Source of the DNA: Vicugna vicugna
Lineage: Eukaryota
Assembly: GCA_013265495.1 (NCBI GenBank)
Contig: MU059781.1
Span: forward strand, 1,897,667 to 1,961,666
Direction: 5' to 3'
Length of the DNA: 64,000 nt
Shown here: positions 23,044-35,794 of the stretch, piece by piece
Numbering within the stretch: position 1 is the stretch's first letter
Layout of the letters: every line of letters begins with the position of its first letter
Translations under genes and position numbers: made by a program
Notes under the pieces: model-generated
The model's input: only the letters and a program-made list of their open reading frames with translations
What the model was told of the DNA's origin: nothing
Database searches by the model: none

Positions 23044-23165
23044 TTCCATTTTTTTTGGCGCAGGGGAGATAGATAGATTTATTTTTTTAATGGAGGGACT
23101 GGGGATTAAACCCAGGACCTTGTGCATGCTAGGCACGTGCTCTACCACTGAGCTACACCCTTCCC
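23044..23165 (-). mobile_element. tRNA-derived SINE, camelid vic-1-like
   Basis: GGGAAGGGTGTAGCTCAGTGGTAGAGCACGTGCCTAGCATGCACAAGGTCCTGGGTTTAATCCCCAG plus A-rich tail; A box intact, B box has a C>T change. Confidence 0.88.
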
Positions 23166-23462
23166 ACCTCCAGTTTTTCCTCTGCCTCATATTCAGGAAA
23201 AGGTTCCACTAACTTTGGGGCTGCCGTTTTGGTGGGACTGAATTAAAAGCACTTGGGTACACACATCTGCTTACACAACCACGTGTCCACGGAAAATGAA
23301 ACACATCGTATCTATTTCAATCACGTTGGTCTCTTTTAACAGCTTTTGGATTTGTATACATTGAGACTCTTGGGATCTGCAAAATATATCTTTCACAAAG
23401 AGGCTGACAGACTTCTCTAGGTGGCAGCTAAGTGCACTCATAAGAGTTGCTGAATCCGTATA

Positions 23463-23908
23463 CAGTTGGCCCTCCAAATCCACAGGTTCCACATCCATGG
23501 ATTCAACCAACCACTGATCAAAAATATTTGGGAAAAAATTCTAGAAAGTTCCAACAAGCAAAACTTGAATTTGCAGTGAGCAGGCCACTATTTACATAAC
23601 ATTTATATTGCATTGGGTATTACAAGGAACCTAGAGATGATTTAAAGTGTATGAGTTGAAGGGGAGGATATAGCTCAGTGATAAAGCATGTGCTTAGCAG
23701 GCGCAAGGTCCTGGGTTCAATCCCCAGGACCTCCATTCAAATAAATACATAAGTTAAAAAACAAACTTTCCTAAAGTGTTATGAGAGGATGTGGGTAGGT
23801 TATACACAAATACTATGCCATTTTATATGAGGGATTTGAGCATCTGTGGATCTTGGTATCCACTGGGGGTCCTGGAACCAATTCCCTGCGGATACTGAGG
23901 GATGATTA
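23463..23908 (+). mobile_element. MER2-like TcMar-Tigger MITE with nested SINE
   Basis: TA|CAGTTGGCCCTCC...gattcaaccaac...; end cctggaaccaattccctgcggatactgagggatgatta; imperfect terminal inverted repeats. Confidence 0.8.
23661..23771 (+). mobile_element. tRNA-derived SINE, camelid vic-1-like, inserted in the MER2-like element
   Basis: GGGGAGGATATAGCTCAGTG...GGGTTCAATCCCC; near-perfect target-site duplication taaagtgt(t)atgag at 23643-23655 and 23772-23785. Confidence 0.88.
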
Positions 23909-26900
23909 CATTAACAAGAACCGTATGGAATTGCTGTTATTTGTCTGTTTTGACCTACATAAACAGCGACTTCACACCACAGCACCTAATGTACAGACAA
24001 GGTAACTGCTCAGGCATTAATGTGTCAGTGTAACACAAGCAAGAGACCTGTGGTCCTCCATGCCCCATTGCTGTGGGAGCCCTGGGTTGAAGCCAGAGGC
24101 AGAAAGGAATTCTGAAGTGTTGCTCGTTCGCCCAAAGAGAATCTTTCAAAAACGCCAGTGAAAAAGAATTAAGCAGAAGTCCCACAGTAGTGATAAAATC
24201 TTGATGTTTTCTTTCTAAGATCATCATTGTGAATTCTTGTTAAAATGGTGTATGAAAGTAGAAATATCTGTTTGGCTCAAATGCCAACATTAACCCTCCA
24301 GTACCAGGAGGTTGAGCTGGGGACCAGAGAACAGCGGCTGCAAGTAATTAAAGCAAACTGAAGTTAGACTTTTCTATTTCTTTGAAAAGCCTAGGAGATG
24401 ACTTTTTCCAAGATAGCTCTAGAGTACAAATATTAATTTATTTATGTTCTACCTCCTAAAAATGGAATGAAGGCAAGTTCAAATACCAGATGTGGGTATT
24501 GTTCAAAATTGTAAGCATTAAGGTTTAAATGCTGTAGCTGGCACTCAGAGACAGAGTTAGGTCACAGGAAAAGATCTCATTTGGGCAGATGAGCTAACAG
24601 AACCACTGGTAGAACCGCGGACAATGCAAGGGTCGGATTCTTTCTCTTCTACGGGCCCGGGCGACACCACAGCTCAGACTTACTTGGCTACCAGAGCTCA
24701 TTTCTCATTCTGTTCAGGTTTGTTAACTTCTGCAGAGGATGTAGGCAACAAACACACTGAAAACCCAACACAAAGATTTTTCTGCAACGTGTGGCTGATG
24801 GGGTTGGAGAGGGGATGGTGGCAGTTCAGGGTGGGGCAGGGGAGGGGCTCAAAGTAGACTGGGGGGGATATTAAAACAGAGGATGAAAATGCAGTGAGCA
24901 GTTGTACCCTTAAGCAAGGGACAGAAATACAGGTTGGTTCTTTTGAGGGGGCGTAAAGCTATCCTTCACAAGACGGAACCTCAAGTCACTTAATGCAGCT
25001 CTCCTGGAAAGCCCGTAATTTCATGGCTGGAAACCCCCTGGACCTGTGTCTTAGTTTTGGCTCCCACGGCATAAAGTGAAAGTACATGATTTCACAGCGT
25101 GGCGTCATCTGGTCAGAGCAGATGGCCAATCTAGATATCCTGGTGCCCAAAGGGGGTTACCCTGATCGCTATTATCCACACAGCGGCCAACTCATGATTT
25201 CATCTTGTGGAATAGGTAAAATGCTCTTTCATTTCCTTTTTTAAACTCACTGAGCCATGATGCATGAAACTGATCAAACAAGATTCCCTACTAGATAACA
25301 AGAAATTCAAGCTACGGCCCTTTTCTTAGGGAGCATATGAACCAATATTCCTCTTAATTAAAAAAAATAAGATTTAAATACTTAACGCCTAGAACATAGA
25401 TAGAAAAAAGTGTGTGTGTGATCAATTAACTAGTTTCCAGGGCTTTCTGCTTCCAAAGTGGGAATGGCCTGACTTTTATCCCTAATCATTCCTTTCATGG
25501 CGCTCTAAACTCAAGACCTTGGAATGCTGACTGGGAGCTCCACTGGGCACCTGCTCTCTAAAGGACCACAACAGGTTTAACGCTTTGATGTGTAAATAAT
25601 TTAGCAGCCAATTAAATATTAACAGGATTTCCAGATCCTTCAAAAAAAAAAAAATTGAGATTTGCTCTGCAGAAAGCAAAGCCTGAAAGCTGGATTAGGG
25701 AAGGAAATACCACTTGTGAGCTAATTTTAATTACGAGATTACACATCCACTGGAACTCAACCATAGAAGCATTTATCACAGTTTAAGAAGCCCTGTTTGT
25801 CGCCTCTTCAGATACGGCCCAGCTGCCATCTTGGATTGGGTCTGCTTCCTTGTATCGGAGCAGAACGTTAGCACCACCCCCAGTTCAGCCGATGGAACAA
25901 GGCCCGGGGCTGACAGGAAAAAGTGAAATCAAAGCAGCTTTTAGTCTAGAAGTCCAGCCCCTCTGACACTCAGCACTTCATTGATAAACCCCTCTCCACC
26001 CCCCTCTAGGGTAACTGGCAGACAATGAAAGGACCTTAATGGAGCTTACACCAAAATCTTTGTCTAAAGGCAGCTCCTATAAACAGCTGGGTAAAAGCAT
26101 GATTCATCCATGAGATCATTCCTGAATCTGTCTCTGTGTGGAAATATGCTTGGTGTGAGGAAAGAAACACAATTTATGAATGTGCAATTTTCCACAACGA
26201 AAAGAGATGTTTTTGGGGAAAATGGGTGGGGAAGAAGGGGGGGGATGGGCTGGGAGCCAGGCAGGCAGCACTCAGGCAGCTTGGAGGCCCTAAGAATAGA
26301 AGAAACTGTTCTCTGTGCCACAAAATGTCGATTCAGGAAATGGACCCAAGGGGATGACCTCATCTGAGATGCCCCCATGCCAAAAAGCTAAAGACATACC
26401 CCTCGGAAGCTGCTTTTTGTAACACGCCCCCAGAGACACCTGGTGCTCCGCTGGGAAGCCATTTTCTTCATCACGTGTTCTCTGATACATTAACATCTAA
26501 TCCAAGCACTCTCATTCAATCAGGTGTGGTTACCTGAATGGGTCTGTACCCAGACACATCTCAGAAACTGTTTTTTGCTGGCATCACTAGCTTGGTTATT
26601 TTTACACAACTGGAATCACAAGTTAACTGAGTTCATTCCTACTACCTTCCGGTTGGGTCCACACATACAGAAATACCTACCAGCGTCCATGGTTCAGGAA
26701 ATCAAGAGCATCTGGTCACCCACGTCATTCCCCTTTCACACAGGACAACGCCTGCCTCTCTCACTCCCCAGCGGGTTGCTATCCAAAAGCTTTGGAGTTG
26801 GCCCTCTGGAACTCAGAATGCATTTTCCCACTGACACCGTGTTATTTATACACGGTGAGTAGCCCACACAATGCCCTTTTGGCCTATAATGTAACTGAAC

Positions 26901-29084
26901 CAGCTCAACAGCACAAGCGAGAGCTGTAGCTGCAGGAGCAACAGGTCAGAGGGTGTAGGAGGACGAAGAAATAAGAGAAAGTTGGGTTTCTCTTGTGTTT
27001 TCCTGGTTTGGGGCTGCCCCCAGTGACATTTTAAGGGAGGTCAAAGTTGCATTATTTCCATCTCCCTCTCTGAACCTCTTTTTCCTTCTCAGGACTCCAG
27101 GATCCTTCCTCTTAAGCTGTTCCAATTCTTCACAGTTTCCTCTCTCTCTCTTTACTTCTGAACCCAGATTCCTTTACAGCTCCCAGATTTCCCACTCCTG
27201 GCCCCACGGTCTTAGGTGGAGGTGTGGACGAGCTGCTTACCAACTGGGGGCTGCCTACTTAAGAAAGTCGAGCATCTTGCTGGCAATTCATTTCATACGC
27301 AGAGGGTCGCCAAGCCAAACCACAAATCCACGCTGGGAAGGAGAGGGCAATGACTAATGTGGATAAAAGGCAGAAAGACTCAGACAGGCCTTGGCAACTG
27401 TCAGCTGAGAGAAGGGGAGCTGGTTTAAGGCTGGGACTCTTCCCAGAAAATGGCATGATTTACAAGCTTAATCTGAGAATAGTGTTTACAGCGACGGGAA
27501 GGTTTGATGTGTACAGTTATAGTGGAAGAGACAGGCAACATCTGTTCCTCTTCTCAGCAACCAGCTTCCAAAAGCTTGTTTTGAAAGGTGGGATTTGGCA
27601 GGCCTCTTCCAACCGGCAAGAAAGATCAAAACAAAACAATCATCTTGTCACATTCCACACACGCACATGCATGAAGCGGGAAAAAGAAAGACTGGAAGGA
27701 AGCAGACCAAAATGTTAATGATGGCTTTGAGATAAGGCTCAGTAATTTTGATCTTCCTTGTCTTTTTATGTATTTGCCGGATTTTTAAAAACCAGCATGG
27801 ACCATTGAGGAAAACAACTTAAAGACCAAGTAAAAGCAGATCTGAAGACGAATTTCATGTTTGTAGAACACTGGCCAGCTAACTCACATGAACCAGATTA
27901 AGATTTGCTGTGTTGGCAACGAAGCAGCTCTGTGACCAGACAAACACGTTACCAAAGTTCACATTTAATGAGTCTCTACTACAGGCTGACACGGTGCTCG
28001 GAGAGTTCATATGCAATATTCCACTTAATGCTCCCCACGCTCTGAGTCTGACATGATAGCTGATTTTGCAGAGGAGTGATCCTGGGACCAGAAAAGCTAG
28101 TTAATTTACTGGGACCGAGCACTCTGCCTGACTGCCCGCTCTCTCCCTGGCCCTTGTGGCTCCCTGGCTTCAGGGATGGAGAAGGACTATGGTTTCCCAA
28201 GGGGGCCACGAGGGACAGAGTGGACATGAGTGGGCTTCTCATCCCCACTCCCGCTTTTCTGGAATAACTCTTATGTTACTCTGTGTAAACTTGTGTTGTT
28301 AGAACGGTTTCTGAGGCTAAAAGAGAAAAAGTCTGCCAACTCCAGGACTAGACAGTCTCCAAGTTCTTGTAGCTCTGGACGTCTGTCTCCAGCGCTGAAA
28401 GGCGCTCCCGTCAGTGAGCTCCTGTGACCTGGCGTTAGCTGGCGAGTCGCCCATGTCAGATATCCTTTAACGAATTCGCTAGGGGACACTATGGGAAGAA
28501 GCCACAATGCCCTTATGTCCAGGAAGGGCTTCCAGGCCCTCGGAAGTGGTTTCTGCTCCTCAAGCTCAGCCAGGAGGCCTCTGTTCTGAAAGGCAGTCCG
28601 TTCCTGGTAATGATGGTGGAACTCTGCGCTCAGCTGCTGGTGATTTGAAAGGTCTGGGCGGAGCCTGGAGACTGCCAGCCCTCGGTCTCATGGGCCAGTA
28701 AACCCTGACGTCTTCCCCACACGAGCACCTGATTATAGAGATGGCGAGGCAGGTCAGGCTGGGGCTGAGCACCTGCATCTGGGTGTGGCTGCACACCCTC
28801 TGGGCTTAGCAACTTCCACTGTGGGTGTAGCAGTTACTCCCAGGGAAGCAGGGCCCCGAGGTCCACGTCAGCTCCTTCTTGTTAGCCCCGTCCAGGCCCT
28901 TCCTCCTGACGGACCAGCACCACCGTGTCTATGGAGTTGCAGGGACGAGGGGCCAGGCTGAGGGCTCCTGAGAAACAGCCCTTGCTCCTGCTGAAGCTGA
29001 GGGTCTGGCCGTCTCTTGTTGGGGGTAACGATGTATCTTAGCCCTTCTTAACAGCCTGGAGACAGTCCTCAGAAACACCACTTC

Positions 29085-29400
29085 CATTCATTCACTGAAC
29101 AGAACACCTCTATGTATTTCTTCCACAAATGTAACAAGAATGTGGGCTGCGCCCTGCAGTGTAGAGAAGGCTGAAGGACTGAGACACAATCTGCACCCTC
29201 AGGAGGGTGAGGACAAGTGACAAAGAAGTTAAACACGTGTGTAAGCACTACGTCAGGGCCAAGCAGAAGGTACCGTAAAACATGAGTGGAATCTTAGTGG
29301 GGCCTTGAGGTGGGCATAAGCACCAGGGAGGGGCACCCAAGAAAGCAGCCTGGAGAGGTCCAGATGCAGTCCTGGCCGGAGGACTGCAAGTTGGTGGCAC
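29085..29400 (-). mobile_element. L2 fragment
   Basis: cattcattcactgaa terminus followed by degenerate L2-like sequence. Confidence 0.5.
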
Positions 29401-30929
29401 TGCTTGTGGCCAAGCTTGGCTGAACTCCGAGTCCTGTGGTTCAGTTATCTGTGGGGTCCAATTAGAAACTGTCTTCTTTCAGGGAAGCATATTTCGGGGG
29501 AGGCAGGGGACCCTCACTTCCGTGGGGGCTCCCTCCTGGGGCTGATGTTGGGTCGGGAGCTGGAGTCCCCCGGTGGCCACCCTAGGTTCAGTCTGGGGAC
29601 AGGATTCTGCAGGGAGCCACTGGGGCAGAAATCACAGACTGTTCACAAGTCCCAGGAGGGCTGAAAACTACATTTCCCACACTCCCACAGGTGGCCCAGA
29701 TTCTTCACCTGAAGCCCGGAAGCAGAAGCAAGGAACACCTGGGGGGAGACCAGAACGGTCGGGCGCCAGGCGGAGGCATCGCCAGCACTGATTTCTCAGG
29801 AGAAGCCCCAGGATGAGCTGCGTGCTTGTTCTAACTGCACGGCCTCCCACTGGGTTGTTCCTACGTGTCTATGCTGGTTTCTGCCTCTCCTGGACATTCC
29901 GTGAACTACCCCAAATCCACTGTCCCCCACCAACCATCAGTGAGGATCCTGTTGTCTAAGTGGACCCCACCCTACACTCCACTCCACCATGCCCATTGCA
30001 ACCACTGTGGGTTCGCTCAGTAGGCATGACTGAATTCCTAACGTGAAAGAGGGAGGCAAAGGACAGTTACTGGAAGCATCTCATTTCATCTAAGGGATGT
30101 ATTCCTGAAGTGCTGTGCGTGAGCAAATTCTGTGGATCAAATAGTTCAAGAAATAAAACAAGAAAGCTTATTAAGAGAGAAAGCAAGCAAGCTCTTAACT
30201 GTAAAAAGCCCTGTCACCAATCCTTTTGTGAAGACAGGTTTGGCGCTGAGAATACTAATCCTCTAATGTAAGTGTTCAGCACACTTTCTCAGAGAAGTCT
30301 TTTCCACACACAGGAGGAAGACCCTTACCAGTCCCTGAACTGCTTCTGGTGGTGCCTGTGGGACGACCTGGGAGCACCTGGGAAGGTGCAGGGAGATGTG
30401 AGCCAGCAGCACTCCAGGGTCACCAGCCAGTCCCCCTGGGGGTCTGCACCAGGTCGACACCTGGAGAATGTGCCCACCTCCCCTCTCTCTACACGCCTTC
30501 CTATTCCACAGTCGACAACTGCCCAGAGGGGAGAATTACACAGATTACTTTCCACCAGAGACTCCACCCAGAGATGCCTGGGGTTTGCCCTTGGAGGAGC
30601 CCGGGCTGCAGTGTAAACTGACGACCTCCAAACCCTTCAGAAGGGAAGACCCAGCACCATGGCCACTGGGTCCCCAGGAGGTGGCCTTCCTGCAGCACAT
30701 GATAGCCCCAAGTCACCCAGATGTGCACCTCTCAGCCAGGGCCACCTGTGTGTCCCTGGCCCCGGGCCAGCAAGCTCAGCCCCGAGGCAGTGACGGTGCC
30801 AGGAACACCCTGGCACGAGCACTTGAGGGACGGCCTCTGTGGGGTCAGCTGGCCCCAAATCAGAGCCTGCAGCCACCCAGCCTGCCTGTCCCGCCCCCTC
30901 CCTCCACCCCGCCCCCTGCCGCTGTGAAA

Positions 30930-31050
30930 GGGTAACTGGAGGACCCAGCTCAGGCGGTGGTTGTGGAGATTAAACGAGCAACTGCTTATAAAGCACTCAG
31001 AACAGTGCCTGGCACACGTAAGCACTGTTTACGTTTCAGCTTATGTTATT
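30930..31050 (+). mobile_element. MIR fragment
   Basis: ttgtggagattaaacgag...aaagcactcagaacagtgcctggcacacgtaagcact. Confidence 0.7.
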
Positions 31051-31989
31051 ACCTCTATTTGTCATGCTCACACGTGTGTCTGAACACATGGTCAGCTAAT
31101 CCTAAGGAAATACACTGTTTTCTCGGGTATCTGTGTCTGTAAATCAAGGCAGGGAAGAACAGTTTGGAGACCACTGCACTTGTGAAGCCATCATCTGCTT
31201 CTAGAAATCACTTTGTGAATAATCCTGCTGCCAGCTTAGCATAAATCTGGTGACATGCAAAATGACCCCGAACATTTCCCACTAGTTCTCAACCTAGGGA
31301 TGACCGAGCCCCTTTCCTTGTAGCCCATACCTGGACAAAATGTACCCCCAAAGCTGTAAAAAGTCACCAGATCTGCACATTTTAAAAACTCAAATTTTGA
31401 ACAACTGGAGAGAAAAAATTATTCAGATATGAGCTCTAAAAGCAGCTGATGGCTGGTGAACAGCATGTCTCATTCATAAACTCCTTGTTCAACCAGACTT
31501 ACAGCTCCCACGTTAGCAAAGCTGACGAGGACAAGGACACAGAGCAGGCATTCTGAGCATGCAGCACCTTTGGAGAGGGTGGTTGAACCTCCCCACTGGA
31601 TAAGGGAGGGAAGTGAGACCCTGGGGAAGGCTGAGTGATGGGCCTGTGACAGTGACATCCCAGGACCAGGGCCTGGCCTCTCAGCAAAGCTCACTTCTTT
31701 CTGTCCCCATCCCTGTCCCCTCCCCCTCAGTACACAGGCCTGAAGCTGCAGAGTTGGTCGGCAGTGGGATTCCAGCTCGGAAGCTGAAGTCTGTCAACAT
31801 GTCAGGCATGACGAGACCCCGCCTGGAAGTTCCCGTGGACCCAGACTGTCTGCTAGCATCCTGGGAAGTCATCACTGAGGCTGGAATAGCCTTCTCCCCC
31901 TCGCTGAGACCTCACACTTGTATTCCGGCTGAAGACCCACCTTCTGTGGGGAGCATGCCCCGATCCTTCAGTCCGAATTCACCCCACTC

Positions 31990-32190
31990 CTTCCTCTCTG
32001 CTCTGGCTGCACACTGCACAGGGATCACTGAATTGTCTGCTCTCTTGCTCAATGGTTAGTTCACTTACTAGCTTGTTTCTGTCTCCCACCATTAGGGGGT
32101 AGGCTCCCCAAGGACAGAGGCATTTTCTTGTTCGCCGCTGATCCCTACTGCACAGAATAGGGCCTGGCACATAATAGGTTCAATGGACTT
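31990..32190 (+). mobile_element. L2 3' end fragment
   Basis: gtaggctccccaaggacagagg...gggcctggcacataataggttcaat. Confidence 0.6.
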
Positions 32191-35100
32191 CCTGGGGTGA
32201 ATGAATCAAGTCTGCCGTGCAGTGGTAGCACCTGCATGTCTACATGGGTGGCAGGTGGGGATGGCAATGGACTTGGAGGGGCGGGTGGGAGGCAACATTT
32301 ACACCCCTTCAGCTCATCAGTTCACAAGAACTGGGTGCTGGGCGAGTGCGCCTTCCACGGCTGCTGGGAACTGGGGGCACGACCCAGGCAAGGAATGCGC
32401 ACTTGGCCTGAGCCCCAGGACCCACGATGTAGGTGCAGCAGCACTCCCTTCTCAGGACAGGAAGGGAGACCCAGAGAGAAGGGCTTGTCCCAGGGCACAC
32501 AGACAAAGGGACTTTACATAGCAAACACTTGGCTTTCACTGAAGCCTGTAGATTTATTGTGGACGTGGATGTTGACAAAGACCTGGAAGCAGTTCAAGTG
32601 CTCTCTAGCACCTGTTTGGCACTCCCCAGTTGTCTTGGTTTGGTTGTTCACATGTCTGGCTTCCCTGCTCAATGACAAACTCCCGGACAGTGGCGCTTCC
32701 TCATCCCCGCCCCCTCCCTGCCTCCATCAGGGCCTCCCACTCACTAGGGGCAGAAGAAATCACCAAATGCATGAAGGCACGAATGGATGGATGGATGGTA
32801 AAACTCTCCGAAGACTGGTCTGTCTGCTTCGGCCAACTGCTGTCAGGAGCCAAAATAAGTGATCAGTTTAGAACCAAGAACAAAGCTTTAAGGTCAGGGT
32901 GGGAGGGAGGGTGAACCAAGGTGTGAGAGCAGAAAACTCGGGAAGCTCCAGTGCAGCATGAGAAGCCGCAGAACAAAACCGGGAAGAGATAAGGCCGTCC
33001 TGAGAGCTGCTTCCACGCAGAGGAGGTTCAAGTACACAGTGGATGAACTTTTGAGTTTCCTGTTTTTAAAACTGCCTTGGGCCGAATTTGGGACCGTACA
33101 TTATCCCCTTCAGCAGGGGGGTTCGTGCTCGTCTGGGAGAATCAGGCACACGTGGCCTAGTCCACGTGCATACGTACAACGGAAACATGGGCGCTGGAGA
33201 CCACAGGGTCAGCAGGCCGCGGCGGCCAGAGTCCAGGGCTGTGTTGCTGGGTCCGCTGGGGGTGGGCGTGAGTTTCACCCCCCGTGCCTCAGGGGCCCGA
33301 GCTGCAGGGAGGTCATAGCATGTCACCTCTAAAGTCCTTTCCACCCTTGACATTCTATGACTTACGCCACAGAGAGGACATCAGCATAAAAGTAAAGGAA
33401 TTTTCCACAGCGGAAAGGTATTAGTTAGCATGTACATGAACTACATTACTTAAAAATACTACATGTATATAACTTACTAGGTTAAATGTTTTTATTATTT
33501 GAGTACAGCCGTTTCTCAATAATTAGTTTTTAAAAAACCATAATTATGATGTGGCAGTTCATAAATAGGATATCTGATCATTAAAAAATTTAAAAAGCAG
33601 GATGCTTCTTAATCCTGCCACTAAGTTACGACACTGTGAGTTGCACTCAGAGTTTCTTACGTGAGAAGTTAAGTAGGATAGGCCGCAGAAACAGGCATGT
33701 TCTTTTCTGTTAGGCGTTTACAAAAGATCCGAGTATGCGTTCTGTTATAGAAAATGAACCCTTTTGCACTATGATTTCTTCATCTATGAAACCTGAAGGA
33801 GTGGTGCGTTTGAGTTTATTCATGTCTAGGATGTAAAGGTTATGTCCCGTGATCCCACACACTGGTTTTGCTTCTTTATCTGGTCCAACCGGCAGAATAG
33901 TGGTACGTCCTGTGACACACCCTCCTGAAACACACCAGCCCTTCCCAGCAGCGGGGAAGGAGACCTAGGCTCTGACAGACCCCTGTTTCCCAGCACTCTC
34001 GTGTGTCTCCCCTCTTGGCTTTAAGTTCCAGGAACCAGGACCATCTTTCACTATCTTTACCCCCAGGACCTAGTCACATAGTAAGCACCCAGTGAATGAA
34101 TGAATGGAACATAGCCAAGGAAAAATTACATTAATCAGAGAGGTCAGCCAGGGAAGCCCAGAAAAATAAGGCCAGCACCGCACTGCCCAGGCAGGTCCTG
34201 GCTGTGAGAGGTCGTACTTGGAGACAGCCTCCTGCTGATGATTCAGCTCCCCTGGAAGTGTGCTTACAGGCTGGTCACAGTCAAACACTCTGAGCCTGGG
34301 GGCCGTTACTTGTAACTGGGATTAGTGAACTGGCCTTCCGGTCGCCCATAGGTCTGTGTGCTGGTACAAGCCACTGTCCCCAAGAAATGAGTCTGCTCTC
34401 AGGGGTGGCCAGACCCAGGACCATAGCAGGTTAAAAAGATAAAGAAAGCCTTTCTGTTTTCACTCTACATAGTAGAGTAGATGTCTCTTGAGGGCAGCCC
34501 GCTGGCCATGCCCAAGTGGTCCTTGAACCTCTGAGCTACAGGATTTGCTTTACATTTTTTACGACACCTACTCTGCAAGGTTGTCATAAGGATGCAGATA
34601 AGAAAGAGGACTGGCACGAAGTAAGTGCTCAATAAACAGTAAGATTATTGTTGCTCTTTAAGGCACGCATCTAATAAATGACTGAGTCAGCATCCCACGA
34701 ATAAAGATGCTCTCTGTCCTGTCCCGTGGACCTTACAGGGTAAAGTTAAAAATAAGGACCATGGTGAATTTAACAGGCCGGAGGTCTGACAGGTGTGCAG
34801 GGGAAAGGGAAGGTCCTGGTGAATGGAGACGACCAGGCAGAGCCCATGGAAGATGCTAGAAGATAAATAAATGGTGGATCAGCACTGGGGCCATGCTCCC
34901 TCCTAAGGGGCAGTGGTCATGTGTTGCTGTTACAATGACTGGAGGGCAACCCCAGCATTCAGTCTGCAGAAACCGGAGCCGACATCCCCTAATGCTCCTG
35001 GCATCCTATGCAGGTAACTGTCCTGCCCTAAGTACCAGCAGCTCCCTGACAACAAACGGCATACAGTGGGTGCAGTGAACAGGTGAGGGGACAAGGAGTG

Positions 35101-35716
35101 AGACTCGGGGAGCAACGGCACAGAGTCTGGGGATGCGAATGAGGAGACAGGGCTCTGCCAGGTCAGAGCCTCACTTACCCACTTCTTTTTAGAGCTTTAG
35201 AAGGACGGGCTTGTTGAACGAGAGAGTTGTGTGTTCCTCTGGCCTGTGGTGAATCACACAGGCCTGTTCCTGATACCACTTGGCTTTGATACTTGCTCCA
35301 GCTTGCTGGGCAGTGTCCAGCCCCAAGCCCCGGATGCAAGGAAGCAGGATGACCACATGATTTGTCCGACTCCTTTCCTGACCTACCTTTTCCCAAAAGT
35401 CGATGAGGCCCTGTGGGATGAGTGGGCCCCAGACTGCTCTGGCTTTACCGTATTGGAAGAGGTGACGAAATGCATGTTTAGAAACAGCAGGCAGTATGGT
35501 AAGGACGCACATGCACATGCACATGCACAACAGTAACAAGGAAGCTTTCTGGCTGAAAAGAAAGTGGAACTTTTTTTCTCTTTCAAGTTTACAAAAATTG
35601 AATTTGCAGTGTCAAAGCAACGCAAGGTCTTTGACATAGAAAGGGTGGCCACATTGGACACATGGAGTCAGAAGTTTTCACCCAGAGAACTACAAAGCAA
35701 GCATGCGTATACGTAC

Positions 35717-35794
35717 CCAACTTGGGCGTTGTCGCGATATGGCAGCACTGAAAATATACTACAGAAGGATCTTCTGCCACTGATAAGGACTATT
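35717..35794 (-). CDS. CABLES1: CABLES1 exon 4 (78 nt, phase 2/2): IVLISGRRSFCSIFSVLPYRDNAQV(G)
   Basis: Acceptor T-run then tag|AATAGTC, donor GTTGG|gtacgt; translation matches recalled CABLES1. Confidence 0.96.

Noticed and set aside
23044-23771. tRNA-like sequences with A and B boxes
   Set aside because: They have A-rich tails, one has a target-site duplication, and neither has a complete cloverleaf; these are SINEs, not tRNA genes.
32197-32862. Longest ORF in the track (221 aa, plus strand)
   Set aside because: No recognisable domain, overlaps L2 remnants and a GGAT repeat, and has no splice or promoter support; expected by chance in GC-rich intron.
35506-35530. (GCACAT)n hexamer run and the AHAHAH peptide it produces in ORF 35231..35536
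   Set aside because: Ordinary short microsatellite with no evidence of coding function.
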